Source: Cycas panzhihuaensis (Eukaryota > Plantae > Cycadophyta). From it: a DNA stretch of 64,000 nt. The translations under genes were made by a program, and so were the position numbers. The notes beneath the pieces were generated by a model, which saw only the letters and a list, made by a program, of their open reading frames with translations, ran no database searches and was not told the DNA's origin. This document shows, piece by piece, positions 45,719 to 59,359 of the stretch (position 1 is its first letter; every line of letters starts with the position of its first letter). The stretch covers positions 232,445,741-232,509,740 of the forward strand of contig CM041465.1 of the NCBI GenBank assembly GCA_023213395.1, in the 5' to 3' direction.

Positions 45719-48700
45719 TGTTGCGTTCTAGGAAAACCCTCTCTTTACGGGCCTGTCAACCGACTTAAACCCCAGAAATGAGCGCAGGAATATTAGCCAA
45801 GAAGCCGGTCCGCCGACTTCATTAATGGTTCATTCCCGGTGAACTATCTTAATTCGCCGACTTCAAACAAGATAATCCGCCACTATAAATAGAGAGCAAA
45901 GCCCTCATTTGGTATCATCACTTGATTGATCTCTTCTACGGTTTCGGCTCTAGGGTCAGCTTGGCTCGGCCTTTTGGCTTGAGATATTTGGAGGATTCAT
46001 CGAAGGGCGATCGTTCAAGAAGGATATTTTGTTTATATTTTGCACAATATATTTACCTTTATTAGTACTATTTCCATTACTTTATTTCGGTGTTTTATGG
46101 TGAATTTCCTATGTTCATTATTATTTGAGATTGAAGAAATCTATATTAGACCAAGATCTCTGCGAATTGTTGAGTTATTTCTGAATTAAGTTAAAAGCTT
46201 CCGCTACAAGTGGTATCAGAGCTTCGTCAAAGCTATCCTGTGGAAAAGTGTCTCCGGAGAATATAGTCGAATTTTTTTTTTGGAAGGGCGAAAAGTTTTG
46301 CGAGAAGGAAGTGAAAAATTTCCCCACCCTCCCGCCCGTGGATTTTTGAGAAGAGCCTAAACGGAGTTACGCTCTAAGAAGGTTATACAACAAAAGAAGA
46401 TGTCGACTGGCCAAGGCCAATCCGATCGAGAACATATCGCCTCGCATCAAGTAGGAAAGGAAATCCTAGCCTCGCTAGCAGGCCTCTCAGATCTCATGCA
46501 TAAAATCAACATGAAATTGGACTCGGACCACAAGCGTAACCGATATGGGCCAAACAAGAAAAGGAAATAGAACAAGGAAATACAAGTAATTTCAAGGAAG
46601 ATTTAAACAGGAGGAGAATATCAAAGAAGAAACAAAGAAGAATAACGAAGGGGTGACAATGGCAAAGATCAGCTTAGAGAAATTTGACCCCGATAAATCG
46701 AGGGATATAAGAGGATGGATCCTACAGATGGAAACTTACTTCTCAGTCTACGCGATACCAGAACACGAGCAAGTATCTCTGGCATCATTACATTTATACA
46801 GTCGAGCCTTGAAATGGTATTCATGGTGGCTTCGAGCCGGTGGAAAGCAGTGAAGGCAGTAACATGAAGCATGGGCTCATAACCCAATATGAAGACTCAT
46901 GGAGTCTGGACTACTTTGCCCGGTAACAAGATTACAAGAAACTAGCTCACCAAGAGTTCATCGAACAATTTCAGTGTTACAATGTCTAATTCGACAACCG
47001 TACCACCAGAACTCCTTCTGGAAACATACATTAGCTGATTAAAACCTCCAATAAGATATCGCCTAAAAGCAATGGAGGTGCCAACATTAGACTCAAAGAA
47101 TCAAAACAAAGAAGATGCGTGGAAGCGTAACTACGGAAACTAGACCTACGCTCACACGTAGAATGTAAAGCTCACAAGGATTTAACCCAAACCGAACAGT
47201 CAGAACTAAAGCGAGGCTCCATTAACAATTAGAAGTAATCAAGAGACATCAACAAAGGAAGAGCACATGAGGAAAGGAACTTGTTTTAAATGCGGGCGAA
47301 ATGGAATCGCGAACATCAATGCGCCGTAAGAAGGTATATATGATTAATACCAAGATACAATAATATCGGAGGAAGAAGGAGCACCCGAGGAACTTCATGA
47401 AGAAGTTGAAGCAAAGCCGGAGGAAGTCAAGTAGGCGAACCATCGAGCTAGATACTGAAAATGTACATATATCACTCCAAGCAATTACAGGACAAAGTGT
47501 TACACCACAAACACTTCGATTCCAAGGGATGATAAAAGGGGCACCTGTCGCAATTCTAATCGATAGTGGTAGTACACATAACTTTATAAATAGGGCAACT
47601 GCAAAGAAGCTTGGAATTAAAATAGAACCAATAAATACATTCCAAGTGTCAATTGCAAATGGGAAAACAGCACCGTGCGGAGGATTTTGCAAAAAAATTA
47701 ATTTACAGATGGGTGAATATTGCACAAACACATGCATGTTTACAATGCAAATCGGTGGCGTGGATGCAGTATTGGGAATCCAGTGGCTTCAAACTCTGGG
47801 TAATATAGTCACTAATTATATGACCAGGTTATGTGCTTTCGCCAAGGAGGACGTAAGTATCGATTGCGACCAAGAACACCACCAAGACAACTAGTCTCAT
47901 CACAATCGAATGGAGAAGATACTCGGGAAAACCCATCAAGATATATTATGACATGCTATAAGGTTGAAATCGAGGATACTCCACCGTAGATTCAACAAAT
48001 TATAGAAGAATACAAGATAGTGTTCGATGAACTGAAAGGACTACTGCCTCTTTGAGAAAATCAACATGCAATTGAACTTATACCAAGTGCAGCGCCAGTC
48101 AACGTTCGACCGTATAGACATCCGTATCATTTACAAAAAGAAATCAAGAAAATCACAAGAGAACTCCTATCCCAAGGGAGTATTACCCTTAGCACAAGCC
48201 CGTTCGCAGCCCGGTTGTTATCGACAAAAAGGATGGTTCATATAGAATGTGTGTAGACTACCGGGGTCTCAATCAATTAACAGTCAAGAACAGGTACCCG
48301 ATCCCTCGCATTGATGATCTATTGGACGAAATTCATGGAGCAAATTACTTTTCAAAAATTGATTTACGCTCAGGATATCATCAAATCCGGATAAAAGAAG
48401 AAGACGTCTACAAGACATCATTTAGAACACATGAAGGCCTATTTGAATTTAAGGTAATGCCATTTGGATTAACAAACGCTACAAGAACATTTCGTGAGCA
48501 CCATGAACGATACTTTCGTGCAAGTCCTACGCAATTGCGTGTTAATTTTCTTTGATGATATCTTAATCTATAGTAAGACATGGCAAGAGCATCTAGAACA
48601 CCAAAACGCGTTTTAATTTTGCGTGATAATCAATTCTTTGCCAACAAGAAGAAATGTTCGTTTGCAAAGGAAGAACTAGAATACTTAGGCCATATCATAA

Positions 48701-51288
48701 CTAGAGAAGGTATAAGGATTGATCCAAAGAAAATACAAGCAATTGTCAATTGGCCAACCCCGACAAGTGTTACAAAGAATTGAGGATTCTTGGGGACAAC
48801 AGGATTTGTTAGGAAGTTTATAAAGGGTTATGCACACCTAGCGGCACCCTCACGGATTTAACAAAGAAAGATGCATTTGTTTGGAACCCGAAAGCGTAAG
48901 AAGCTTTCGGTAATCTTAAGAAGGCCATGATAATGACTCCGGTGTTAACAACACCGATTTTTCAAACCATTCGTATTGGAATGTGATGCATCGGGATTCG
49001 GATAGGAGCGGTCTTACTCCAAGATGAAAGACGAATAGGTTGTGAGAGTCAGAAATTAAATAACAGAGAAAAACTCAAACCCATATATGATAAGGAGATG
49101 CTCGCTATCATGCACGCCATCCAGCAATGGCGATAATATCTATTGGGAAATTCCTTTCAAGTGCGCACGGATCATGATAGTCTGAAATACTTCCTCAGAC
49201 AGAAGGCATTGTCCGATGAGCAACAAAAATGGGTCAGTAAGTTGCGGAATTTCGATTTCACAATAGTATACAAGAAAGGCAAAGAGAACATTATAGCAGA
49301 TGCATTATCAAGAATCCCAGATGAAGCGAAAGAAGGTCCTTCATTGCAGTTAATATCAACAATTATGCCCTCATGGTTAAAATCCATTAGAACGGAATAT
49401 ATGGCAGATCCAAGATATCAAAAACTCCTAGATAACATGAAGGGGAGTAATTCAGATAAATACCAACAAAAGGGCGATCTGATTCTTAGGAATGGCAAAA
49501 TCTGCATTCCCAAAAATTCCAAATTAAAGGAAATTATACTGCAAGAAGCACATTCGATCCTAGAAGCAGGCCACACCGGTATAGACAAGACATATCAGAA
49601 GATAAAAGCGTCGTACTTTTGGAAGGGCTTAAAATCAGACGTCTAAAAATTTGTGACAGAATGTGATATTTGTCAACGGAATAAGGTAGAATGTGTAAAG
49701 ACCCCAGGTCTCTTACAACCCCTACCAATTCCCAACCAAAAATGGGAAGAAATTTCAATGGATTTTGTTACAGGTCTCCCGAAATCAGAAGGTAAAGACG
49801 CAATCTTTGTCACAGTCGATAGATTAACAAAGTATAGCCATTTTCGAGGGCTACTGTCAACAGCAAAGGCAAGTGACGTAGCAGAACTATACATGAAAGA
49901 AATCCATAGACTACATGGATTCCCTAAAAGTATTGTTAGCGATAGGGATCCAAAGTTTACTAGTAAATTTTGGAAGGATTTATTTAGAATTGCAGGTACA
50001 AAATTACACATGAGCACAGCGTACCATCCCCAAACCGATGGATGATTTGAGATAGTCAACAAATGTCTAGAAGGTTATTTGAGGAATTTCTCGCTCGGAT
50101 AAACAAAATCGGGCACAAGTGGCTACACTAAGAAAGTGGTGGTATAATACAACATACCACTCTTCCACCAAGATGACGCCATTCCAGGCACTTTACGGAT
50201 ACCAGCTGCCATCTCTATTGACATGGAATGGATCATCCCAGGTTCAAACTGTCCAAGAACACCAAAAGCAAATGGAAGACACGATTAGAATTCTTAAGGA
50301 CAATTTAGCAATGGCAAGGAATGGATGAAGCGGAAGCGGATGCGCAATGATCGTAAAGGAGCTTCCGTAAAGATGATCGGGTTTTTCTCCTACATAACCA
50401 TACAAACAAACGTCATTGAACAAGACAAAGACACAAAAGCTTGCTCCCCGATATTTTGGACCATATCAAATACTTGACAAAATTGGGGAAGTAGCCTACA
50501 AACTTAATTTACCGACAACAAGCAAGATCCATGATACCTTTCATGTTTCATGCCTGAAGAAAAAGATTGGCGACAAGATAGTACCACAAACATCCTTGCC
50601 AGAACTCAATGAAGAAGGAAAAATTATGCTAGAACCAGAAGGGATACTCCAAATTCACACCAGGCAACTTCGAACAAGACAAATCAAAGAGTACCTCATA
50701 AAATGGTAGACATTGGATATAGAAGACGCGACATGGGAATCAGACGAATGGATACAGCAATTTCCAAAGCTACCAATGCTTTGAGGGCAAAGCATCGTTT
50801 TCAGGGGGGGGGACTTGTTGCATTCTAGGAAAACCTCTCTTTAGGGCTGTCACAACCGACTTAAACCCCGAAATGCGCAGAATATTAGACCAAGAAGCCG
50901 TTTACGCCGACTTCATTAATGGTTCACTCCCGGTGAACTATCTTAATTCGCCGACTTCAAACAAGATAATCCTACCACTATAAATAGAGAGCAAAGCCCT
51001 CATTTGGTATCATCACTTGGATTGATCTCTTCTACGGTTTCTCTAGGGTCATTGTTGGCTCGGCCTTTTGGCTGAGATATTTGGAGGATTCACTCGAAGG
51101 CGATCGCTCAAGAAGGATATTTTGCACAATATATTTACCTTTATTAGTACTATTTCCATTACTTTATTTCGGTGTTTTATGGTGAATTTCCTATGTTCAT
51201 TATTATTTGAGATTGAAGAAATCTATATTAGACCAGTATCTGCGAATTGTTGAGTTATTTCTGAATTAAGTTAAAAGCTTCCGCTACA
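45719..51288 (+). mobile_element. Full-length, young Ty3/gypsy chromovirus, Reina-like (5570 bp)
   Basis: LTRs at 45719-46208 and 50816-51288 (TGTTGC..GCTACA) with TSD AAAAG on both sides. PBS at 46211-46222 and PPT at 50803-50813. Gag; protease ILIDSGSTHNF; [20 protein letters not shown]; RNase H; integrase HHCC, ISMDFVTGLP and GPY; chromodomain EPEGIL..YLIKW..EDATWE. Confidence 0.95.
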
Positions 51289-54200
51289 AAAAGCTCAAAC
51301 TCCAAGTGATATTCATTTGTATCATTGAAGAAACCATGTGGGATGGAGACTTCAAAGTGAACCCTACTTATGTACTCTTATATATTAAAGGAACCACAAA
51401 TTGGTTGCCTCAAATAAAAATGAAGTTGTTTTGGTATTTAACTCGTTTGCCTAGTAGATTCGTTCTTGAAATAAAGTTAATTAATATTGATTAAACTTTG
51501 TACCCAAAAGAGGTTCTTATTCAGTTAATGGTTATAATGACTAATTACCCATGTATTCTGGTAGATGGACCTTTCTTCATAAGAACTTTAGTAGATTTAG
51601 TCTGCAACTTGCAAATATAGCTAATACAATATGGAGACAATCTTTATTAGATCTAATAGTTAATTTCAATCTCAAAATAATACTACAGATGTGATATTAA
51701 ACATTATGGGGGGATGTTAAAACATAATGTTTGATATGGATTGATGTATTAATATTAAGTGTCTCCCTTGTCTTTCCTTAACTCTTATTGGGAATATTAT
51801 ATTGGGATATTAAGATGTATACATGGGTTACATACTAATTTATGTAATTATTCTATTCAAAGATATGTGGGTTCTTACATATGATTAGATAAATATGAGG
51901 TAACATGTACTATAAATATGTATTCATACTAATGCAATAATTTAAAGATGATTATTTTCCATAATTTACTTCATTTTACATTTGTCTCTTTATTGTTTTA
52001 TTATTAATCACCTCAAGCTTGTTACATGTTTACGTTAATAGTTTTGTCTTTCTAACATTATGATTATATAGGTTACTTTGAATCCTATTTTTTAACACGG
52101 TTTGAGCATGTTTTTGACATGATATCAGAGTGAGTGTTGAATCCAAGTATGCTTAGCCATGGTGAGGTGAAGATCCTATGAATCACAGTAGCTCGGTCTA
52201 GTCCTTTCCCCTTGATAAGCATTTTGCTTAAGCATGTTTATGAGCTAATTAAATATAGAACACACCTTGCTTTATGCCACATTAGTCACTGGCATAAATA
52301 AAGGAGATAGAGAATAGCTAGCCTAAAAGTGAGATAAATTCAATCCACACCTGCATGGAGCAAAGGAAGTTCATGCATTAATGAGAAGTAGCGCTATTCG
52401 AGACACATGACAAGCATAGCATTAATTATGTAAAGTGATATCTAATGGGAATCAATTGATAGGAAGAGCCTCTTGGCCTCTCTACATCACCATCTTGCAT
52501 TTTAAAAGATCTCTAATATGTAAACTTAGTAGAAAATTATCAGCCACTAATTCTCTACCCCAAATCTTTGGTGGGCCTTATATTTAAATGACCCTATCAA
52601 TGGTTGGTTAGGATATTTCATAGAGTCTAATCTAATTTGATTATTCTAATACCATCGTTCTATTGCTTAAAATTATCTGCTTACCTTAGATGGACAATAG
52701 CTATGATCTCACCATATGGAGCCTTAAATAAAATTTGAACAAGTTACACATACCCTCCCCAATCAACCACCCACAAAAGAAATCTAGAGATTGATTGAAG
52801 ATGTAGACAGAATATTACAAAGGCATTATACCAAAGAAAACGTGCATACTGAACACAATTTACCACACATCATAGAGAAAAAAAATCACATATGCACACA
52901 AAAATCACATTGACACAATGCTAGTCAGAGAAGATAAAACTCATGGAGGAAGACACAGTGATTTGTTACAAATATTATATAGAAAAGTTTGATGGATTTT
53001 TTTATTTTTGAATGGTAAAAAAAATTATAAATTCCTTAATAAATTTAATTGAATTTGATATTTTTTTATCTACGGAGTTAGGGTATATTTACCAGCAGAT
53101 GGTCACATGTAGAGCCCACATAATCATTGGCTAAGCGACGAAGGGGTTGGACTCTAAAATGGAGTTAATAAGAATGAAACTTTTTTTATTTTACAAAAAT
53201 CTTATTTGAAATTCAAATATTTTTTGAAAACTGCAAGCATTTTATTAAGGATTCTGTGTTTTTTCATGGTATACTAGCATATTTTCTATCATAACTTTTC
53301 ACGGGTATGTCAAATTTAGGTGCCATAAGTTAAGTTAGATCTATTATTTTGAGACAGTTAAAATGAGTGGTCACACGACATACTTCACATAATAGATGAT
53401 AGAGAAAATAAAGGGCAAAAATCATGCAAATGTTTAAAACTTCATAAAAAGTATATTTCATGATAGTGTTTAGATCTACTTTCACATGTCTTGTAGTTTT
53501 TCAGCATTCTTGACAGCATGGTAAAGTTATTTTTGCATTTGGATGCATGAAGAAGTATGTTTAGTTATAAATTAAGAAAAAATTACTAATTTATGATAGT
53601 TTGAAGGCTCATTTTGATGATATTTCAATAAAGTGTACTCGTATATGCTGGACATCAAAAAATTTCTTTACATATATTTATATTTGGTTTAATGTAACTT
53701 AATACACTAGCCAAATTTTTAAATCACATGATTTGATGCATTTTACCTTGTTTATTTGATATATATTCACCACTTGCTATTTTTTATCCACCTGGTTATT
53801 TGGTAATATGTTAGTTGCCGAGGTTCTCTAACTAATATTCAATAATTAAGGTTCACCAAAGATTGAAGTTGTTGTTGTTGATAGTGTTTGATGCAGCTCC
53901 ACAACTGAAGATATGAAGTCATATGAAACTTCATACAATCCATGATGGTTAAGTCATGATGTTGATCCATGATAGTAAATTCATGAAGATATTGATTGTT
54001 GACATATGAGGATTTTTTGGTGTGAAGCCCTAACCATGCCAAAAAGGCTATGACTTTTTATAAATTAAGGTGATAAGCTAGTTCCACAGGTTAGTTGATT
54101 CATATTTAGCTATATTTTGTTTCAGGTTCCTTGCTTATAAGAGATAAGCAAGATGGTTATAGTTTTTCTAAGTTATAGGTGATACTACAGTTTCATATTC

Positions 54201-55483
54201 CAACATATAAGTTGATGACCATGCACAAACTTTATATTTGAAAACATTAAACATTAAAAGGGGGGTGAGGGAATATGTAATTCCATATAATGTTTAATGT
54301 ATTTAATGTTTTAAGGCTCTTCTTTTTTGGCATATTAAAATATGGGAGGATATTTGAGAAAGGCATTGATTATTATGCTATAACAACCCATTTCCATGTT
54401 GACCCTATTTCCATGATGAAATGGAGGATTTGAAGACTTTATTTTCTAGCATGACAAAGACTTGGTTTAATTCCTTTTGAAGCTCTTAAGAACCCTTTTT
54501 TATTAAACACTTATGAGTGTTTTTTCTTATTAATTACATCTGATATTTTTTATTGGCAATTATATTATTTTTTAGCAGAAGATGCTTAATGAAAGCATAT
54601 TTTATTATCAGTAAACCTACGAAGCTTAAGCTCTAAGTGATATTCATTTGTATCCTTGAAGAAACCATACAGGGTGGAGACTTCAAGGTGAACCTGCTTA
54701 TGTACTCTCATATACTGAAGGAACCATAAATTGGTTGCCTCAAATGAGAATAAAGTTGGTTTGGTACTTAACTTATTTACTCAGTAGATTTACTCGCAAA
54801 ATGAAGTTGGATTATTGTTGATTAAACCTTGTACCTAAAGGAGGTTCCTATTTAACTAGCAGTTGAAGTGATTGGTTATACATGCATTATGGTAAATAGG
54901 GATTTCTTCATAAGGACTTCATTAAATTTAGTTTGTAGCTTGCAAATACAACTAATACAATATGGAGACAATCTTTATTAGATCCAACAATTAATTTTAG
55001 TTTCAACATAATTCTACAGGATGTAATACTAAACATTATGGGGGGATGTTAAAACATAATGCTTAATGTGGGTTGATGTGTTAATGTTAAGTATCCCCCT
55101 TATCTTTCCTTGGATTTCATAGGAATATTATATTGGGATATTAAGATGTGTGCATAAGTTACACACCAATTCATATAATTGTCTTATTGGAGGACATATA
55201 GGTTCTTACATATGATTAGACAAGTATGAGATAACATGTACTATAAATATGTATTTATACTAATGCAGTAATTTGAAGATGATCATTTTCCATAGTTTTC
55301 TTATATTATGTATTTGTACATACTTCATTTTATATTTGTTTCTTTATTGTTTTATTATTAATCACCTCATGTTTTTTGCATGTTTACTTTGATAGTTTTA
55401 TCTTTCTAATATTATGATTACAGAGGTTACTCTGAATCCTATTTTTTGACATGGTTTCGAGTATGTTTTTGACAATATACATA

Positions 55484-55515
<32 letters not shown>

Positions 55516-58500
55516 CAGATATAGTATTAGAAGGGCTTGTGAAGAGGATGTTTCTTTGCCTTATGAATTTTAAAATGTACTACTTGTATAAATCTTCTAA
55601 GGTTAAATGGAAGGAACAAAAAAAGATTATATGTTTTTTTTAATTTTTATTTTTTTTGGAATTAAAGAAGCTTATTGTGTCTTGTTGTCTAAAACTACTA
55701 TGTGGTGAAATGCATAATTTTGTAATTAAAAGAAGAATATATATGATGAAAAAAAAAAATGTTATATATTTATCCCACTATTGTGGAGTATTGTTATTGG
55801 ACAAAGCACATTGTTATGGACTTCATATTAAAAAATGCAACCTATATGGTTTTAGAATTGCAACTCTAAAAGATCGTAGCATATAATGGAGGACATAGCC
55901 ATCTGTAAAGTGGGTCACACATGATGGAGGAGGATAGAGCCATCCCCAAAGTATGAGACTCTTGGATCATGGAGATGGTGACAAAGTAAAAAATATAGAG
56001 AGAATCATTTGCATGTCTATGAAAATGTAGGAGATGTGAGTATTGATGGCAAAATAGAGTAAACATGGGTGCCAAAGGAGATCCCCCCTATAAAGAAATA
56101 CACCACATACATTGAAGATGCAATAGTGGGAATGCATGAAGTGCATTGAAGATATGATAAAGAGTACACAAAAACTTGCTAGGAAGAGATATAATAAAGA
56201 GCATACAAAAAAAAAAAGCCTAAAAATAAGTAGAGTCACCTCGTGTAGAGTAGAGAAGATGAAAAAGGCACTACGAACAAGCATACACTAGAAAGAGGCA
56301 CCTTATGGACAAAAGAGAAGCATAATTATCAATGCAATTAAACATGATACAATTAAGAATAAGACAATGGGTACATTTTGAAGGTTTACCCACTCACAGA
56401 CACCATGGTGAATCACTTTTTTTTTGGGGAAAAACATTTATTCATGATATTATTTATTATTTGTTTAGTATCTTAAATTTTATGGGCTATATACTTGAAA
56501 GTAAAAATAAAAAAATAAATTATATTTGAGAATTGCACAAAGTCCTAAAACCTTTGAGCATATGACCCCATGGTTATATGGTAATTTAATGTGCCCTGAT
56601 AGCCTGACACTAAAGGGACTAACCCCCTGGTTTTTAGCCCCTTATCATATTTAAAGTATATGGCTTCATATTTTTAAGTGTATCTTAAGCATGGAGAGTT
56701 TAGTTTTAGTTCCAAAAGATGTATTGGAATCCTAGTTTAGCCTCCTTCACAACAACATGTGAAACAAATCATTTTAGAGTTGCTTATTGCAAAAAAAATT
56801 AACTTATAGTGAATACATGTGTTAAAAAGAGTCTTTTTTTAAAAAAATTCTTATTACTTTTAGGCACATATATTTATTATGAATTGTTTATTCATGTAAT
56901 ATATCTCTAAATGGAAAGAAAATATAAAATTCTGTATTAGAGGGTTGATTTTATGCTTTGGAGAACCCATTTTAATTTTAAAAAAATGTTAAAATATCAT
57001 CAAAGAGAGTTTATTTATAATATTTCTCAAGTCACATCCTTTTTAAAGTCATTTTATCTCATTGTTAAGTTGTATTATTAGACCATTATTAGCCCATAAA
57101 GGTATTTATACGGCTATAATGCCCTTCTTATCATGTACTTCTACCCATAGTCACTGAAGATTTAATGTATTTTTAGCCATAATTTCTAATGAATGATGTA
57201 TTTTCAAGCATGTGTTCCCAAAGAAGTTGTCTATAGTCCCATTTAACAAGAGGTGGGACAATGTTTCAACTACTCTTGCATTTTATTTCAAACTCACTTA
57301 ACTTGGCCATAAGAAACACTATGTTCTCATAGTAATGTTGATGTGGTGCTGACAAAACTATGTAATTGAAGGAGTTACCTAGCAAGCTGGTACGCAAAGT
57401 CGTTGGTTACCTATATGGTCTAGTAGACGAAGCATCCTTCGTATGTATGTCAATGTCATTTGATGATTAGCTAAAGTAGCTTGGTTCCAATAAATTGAGC
57501 ACTTAAAATTGTATTTAATATGATATTTTATAATCATGTAATTATATATTACGGTGGGGAATGTTGGATGGTAATATCTAATTACATTTATTATAGTCAT
57601 TAGTCCCATTCACACTCTCTCAATTATTAGTGAATTTTATGTTGTAGTTATATAAATCTACGTGCCACTTGTAATATGTGATAATATACATAGATTGACT
57701 TTAGGGGTTCTTCACATGACGTGAGTTGCATTATAAATATATAATTAATTTTTTCAATAAGGTGAGGATTAACCATTCTTTTATATGACTTATACACTTA
57801 CATATACTTCATCTTATTATTGTCTAATTGATCTATCTCTTACTCACCTCCTAGTCTATTACATGCCCTTGTTGGATCCATCTTGTCTATTATTCCATTT
57901 ACATTCTAGTTGCCCAATATATTGGTATTAGAGCTTCATGCTCTAAATCCAACATTGTGTTATTAGAGTTATAAATATTTCCAACATTTTATAATCTTTA
58001 GAGTTTGACTATATACATACTCCATGTAACCGTCCATAAACCATACAATTATATATGTGCCAATCACATGGTTTAAAGTATGTGAGCTATACAATTATAC
58101 ATATAATCTATCCTATAGTGATCCTTAAGGTTGTACGATGATGTATATACTAATTGTATGGATATATATGAATAAAAGAGAGAGGAAGCTCATATATTTA
58201 TATACGTACTAGGTATGTAAGATATATAATCGAGGTATAAGGAAGTAAACATGTTGCACATTTGAGTGTTTAAATGGAAAATTTAATGTTATGCACTGTG
58301 TTTAGTTACACTTGTCAAAGTCTTAAATTTGCATATTATTATTGCTAGAGTTTTTGTATATTGTTGTTAAAACCCTAGATTTGCATTTTTCATTAGTTGT
58401 AGATTTTGTAAAAACTATAAATATAACAAAATCTTATCTTTATATAATTTATGGGTATATTCATATCATGTTTATTGTAGAATATTATACATATGTATTG

Positions 58501-59359
58501 TTGTTACAGTAGTATATAGAAACACAACTTATAATGCTAAGATTATATTGCATAAAGTAAATATGTTAGGACATGTTTATATCCATTTGTTATCATAATT
58601 AGAATAACTTGTTAAAGCATGTTAAAGTCTACTATAATTACGTTAAAAGCCATTGAACTTGCAGTTTGACAAGTGGCATGAAAAACATTCTATTATGGGA
58701 AAGCTAAGAGACATAGATTAATGAGTTGATTACTTATATACCTTAGTGTATGCATTGACGAGTTATGACTTAAGAAGGGATAATGTGAAAATTAATTGTG
58801 CTCTTGCGAACAAGGGCTGGTGTGCAAAAGAATTAAACTCTTAAAGGCTCCTTATAATAAAAATCATGCTTTTGGAGATTCTTGACAGTACTCACACTAT
58901 CCTGGGATGCCACCTTATTGAGATGGGTGGAATGTAATATGAGGAAGTGCATATTAATTATTAATTAATCTAATTAAAGGCAATATGAATGTAAGTTTCT
59001 ACAACATGATGCCTCTTTATAAACAATGGTGCTCTTAAGGCATAAGTCATATTATCTTGGAATGCCTTGTCATGTACTCAATCTTTTGTTATGAACTTGT
59101 GAATAAAGTGGCAAATCAAAAAAACTCATGAGTAAGGTGCATCTAACTTATGTCTATTATTATATATTACATGTTAGATTGTTAATTGTTCATGTGCAAA
59201 GAAGGATCATACAAGATTCAAGTTTATGACTTCACATGCATGTGTCCACGTAAATACCACCCTATCAATACAATCTCTCACCACTATAACGAATACATTT
59301 TGTTTCTCTCTACTTCCAGAAGTATGATATAAATTAGTCAACTATCTTAAATACACACC

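Larger units (their letters stand above)
38242..55474 (+). mobile_element. Element B: non-autonomous three-LTR tandem (LTR1 38242-39430; LTR2 45360-45718 plus 51294-52119; LTR3 54266-55474)
   Basis: Three ~1.2 kb copies run TGA(T/G)GGAATA...TTTTTGA(C/T)A. PBS follows LTR1 (39431) and LTR2 (52120); PPT precedes LTR2 and LTR3. The two ~2.1 kb internal regions are homologous. It is inserted in a (CA)n/(TG)n tract with probable TSD ACACA/ATATA. Confidence 0.85.
37195..57986 (+). mobile_element. Element A: non-autonomous LTR element and outermost layer of the nest (LTRs 37195-37621 and 57562-57986; internal 37625-38241 plus 55480-57561)
   Basis: The two ~425 bp LTRs align. TSD TTTTA at 37190-37194 and 57987-57991. 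PBS-like tggtatctaaac at 37625 and PPT ggtggggaa at 57553-57561. No gag/pol recognised in the ~2.7 kb internal part. Confidence 0.8.

Noticed and set aside
47249-50062. Minus-strand ORFs inside the Reina-like element
   Set aside because: Antisense shadows of protease and integrase
57923-57934. PBS after the A 3' LTR as the start of another tandem unit
   Set aside because: Similarity to the 5' copy ends at 57986 where the TSD follows, so it is treated as LTR-internal
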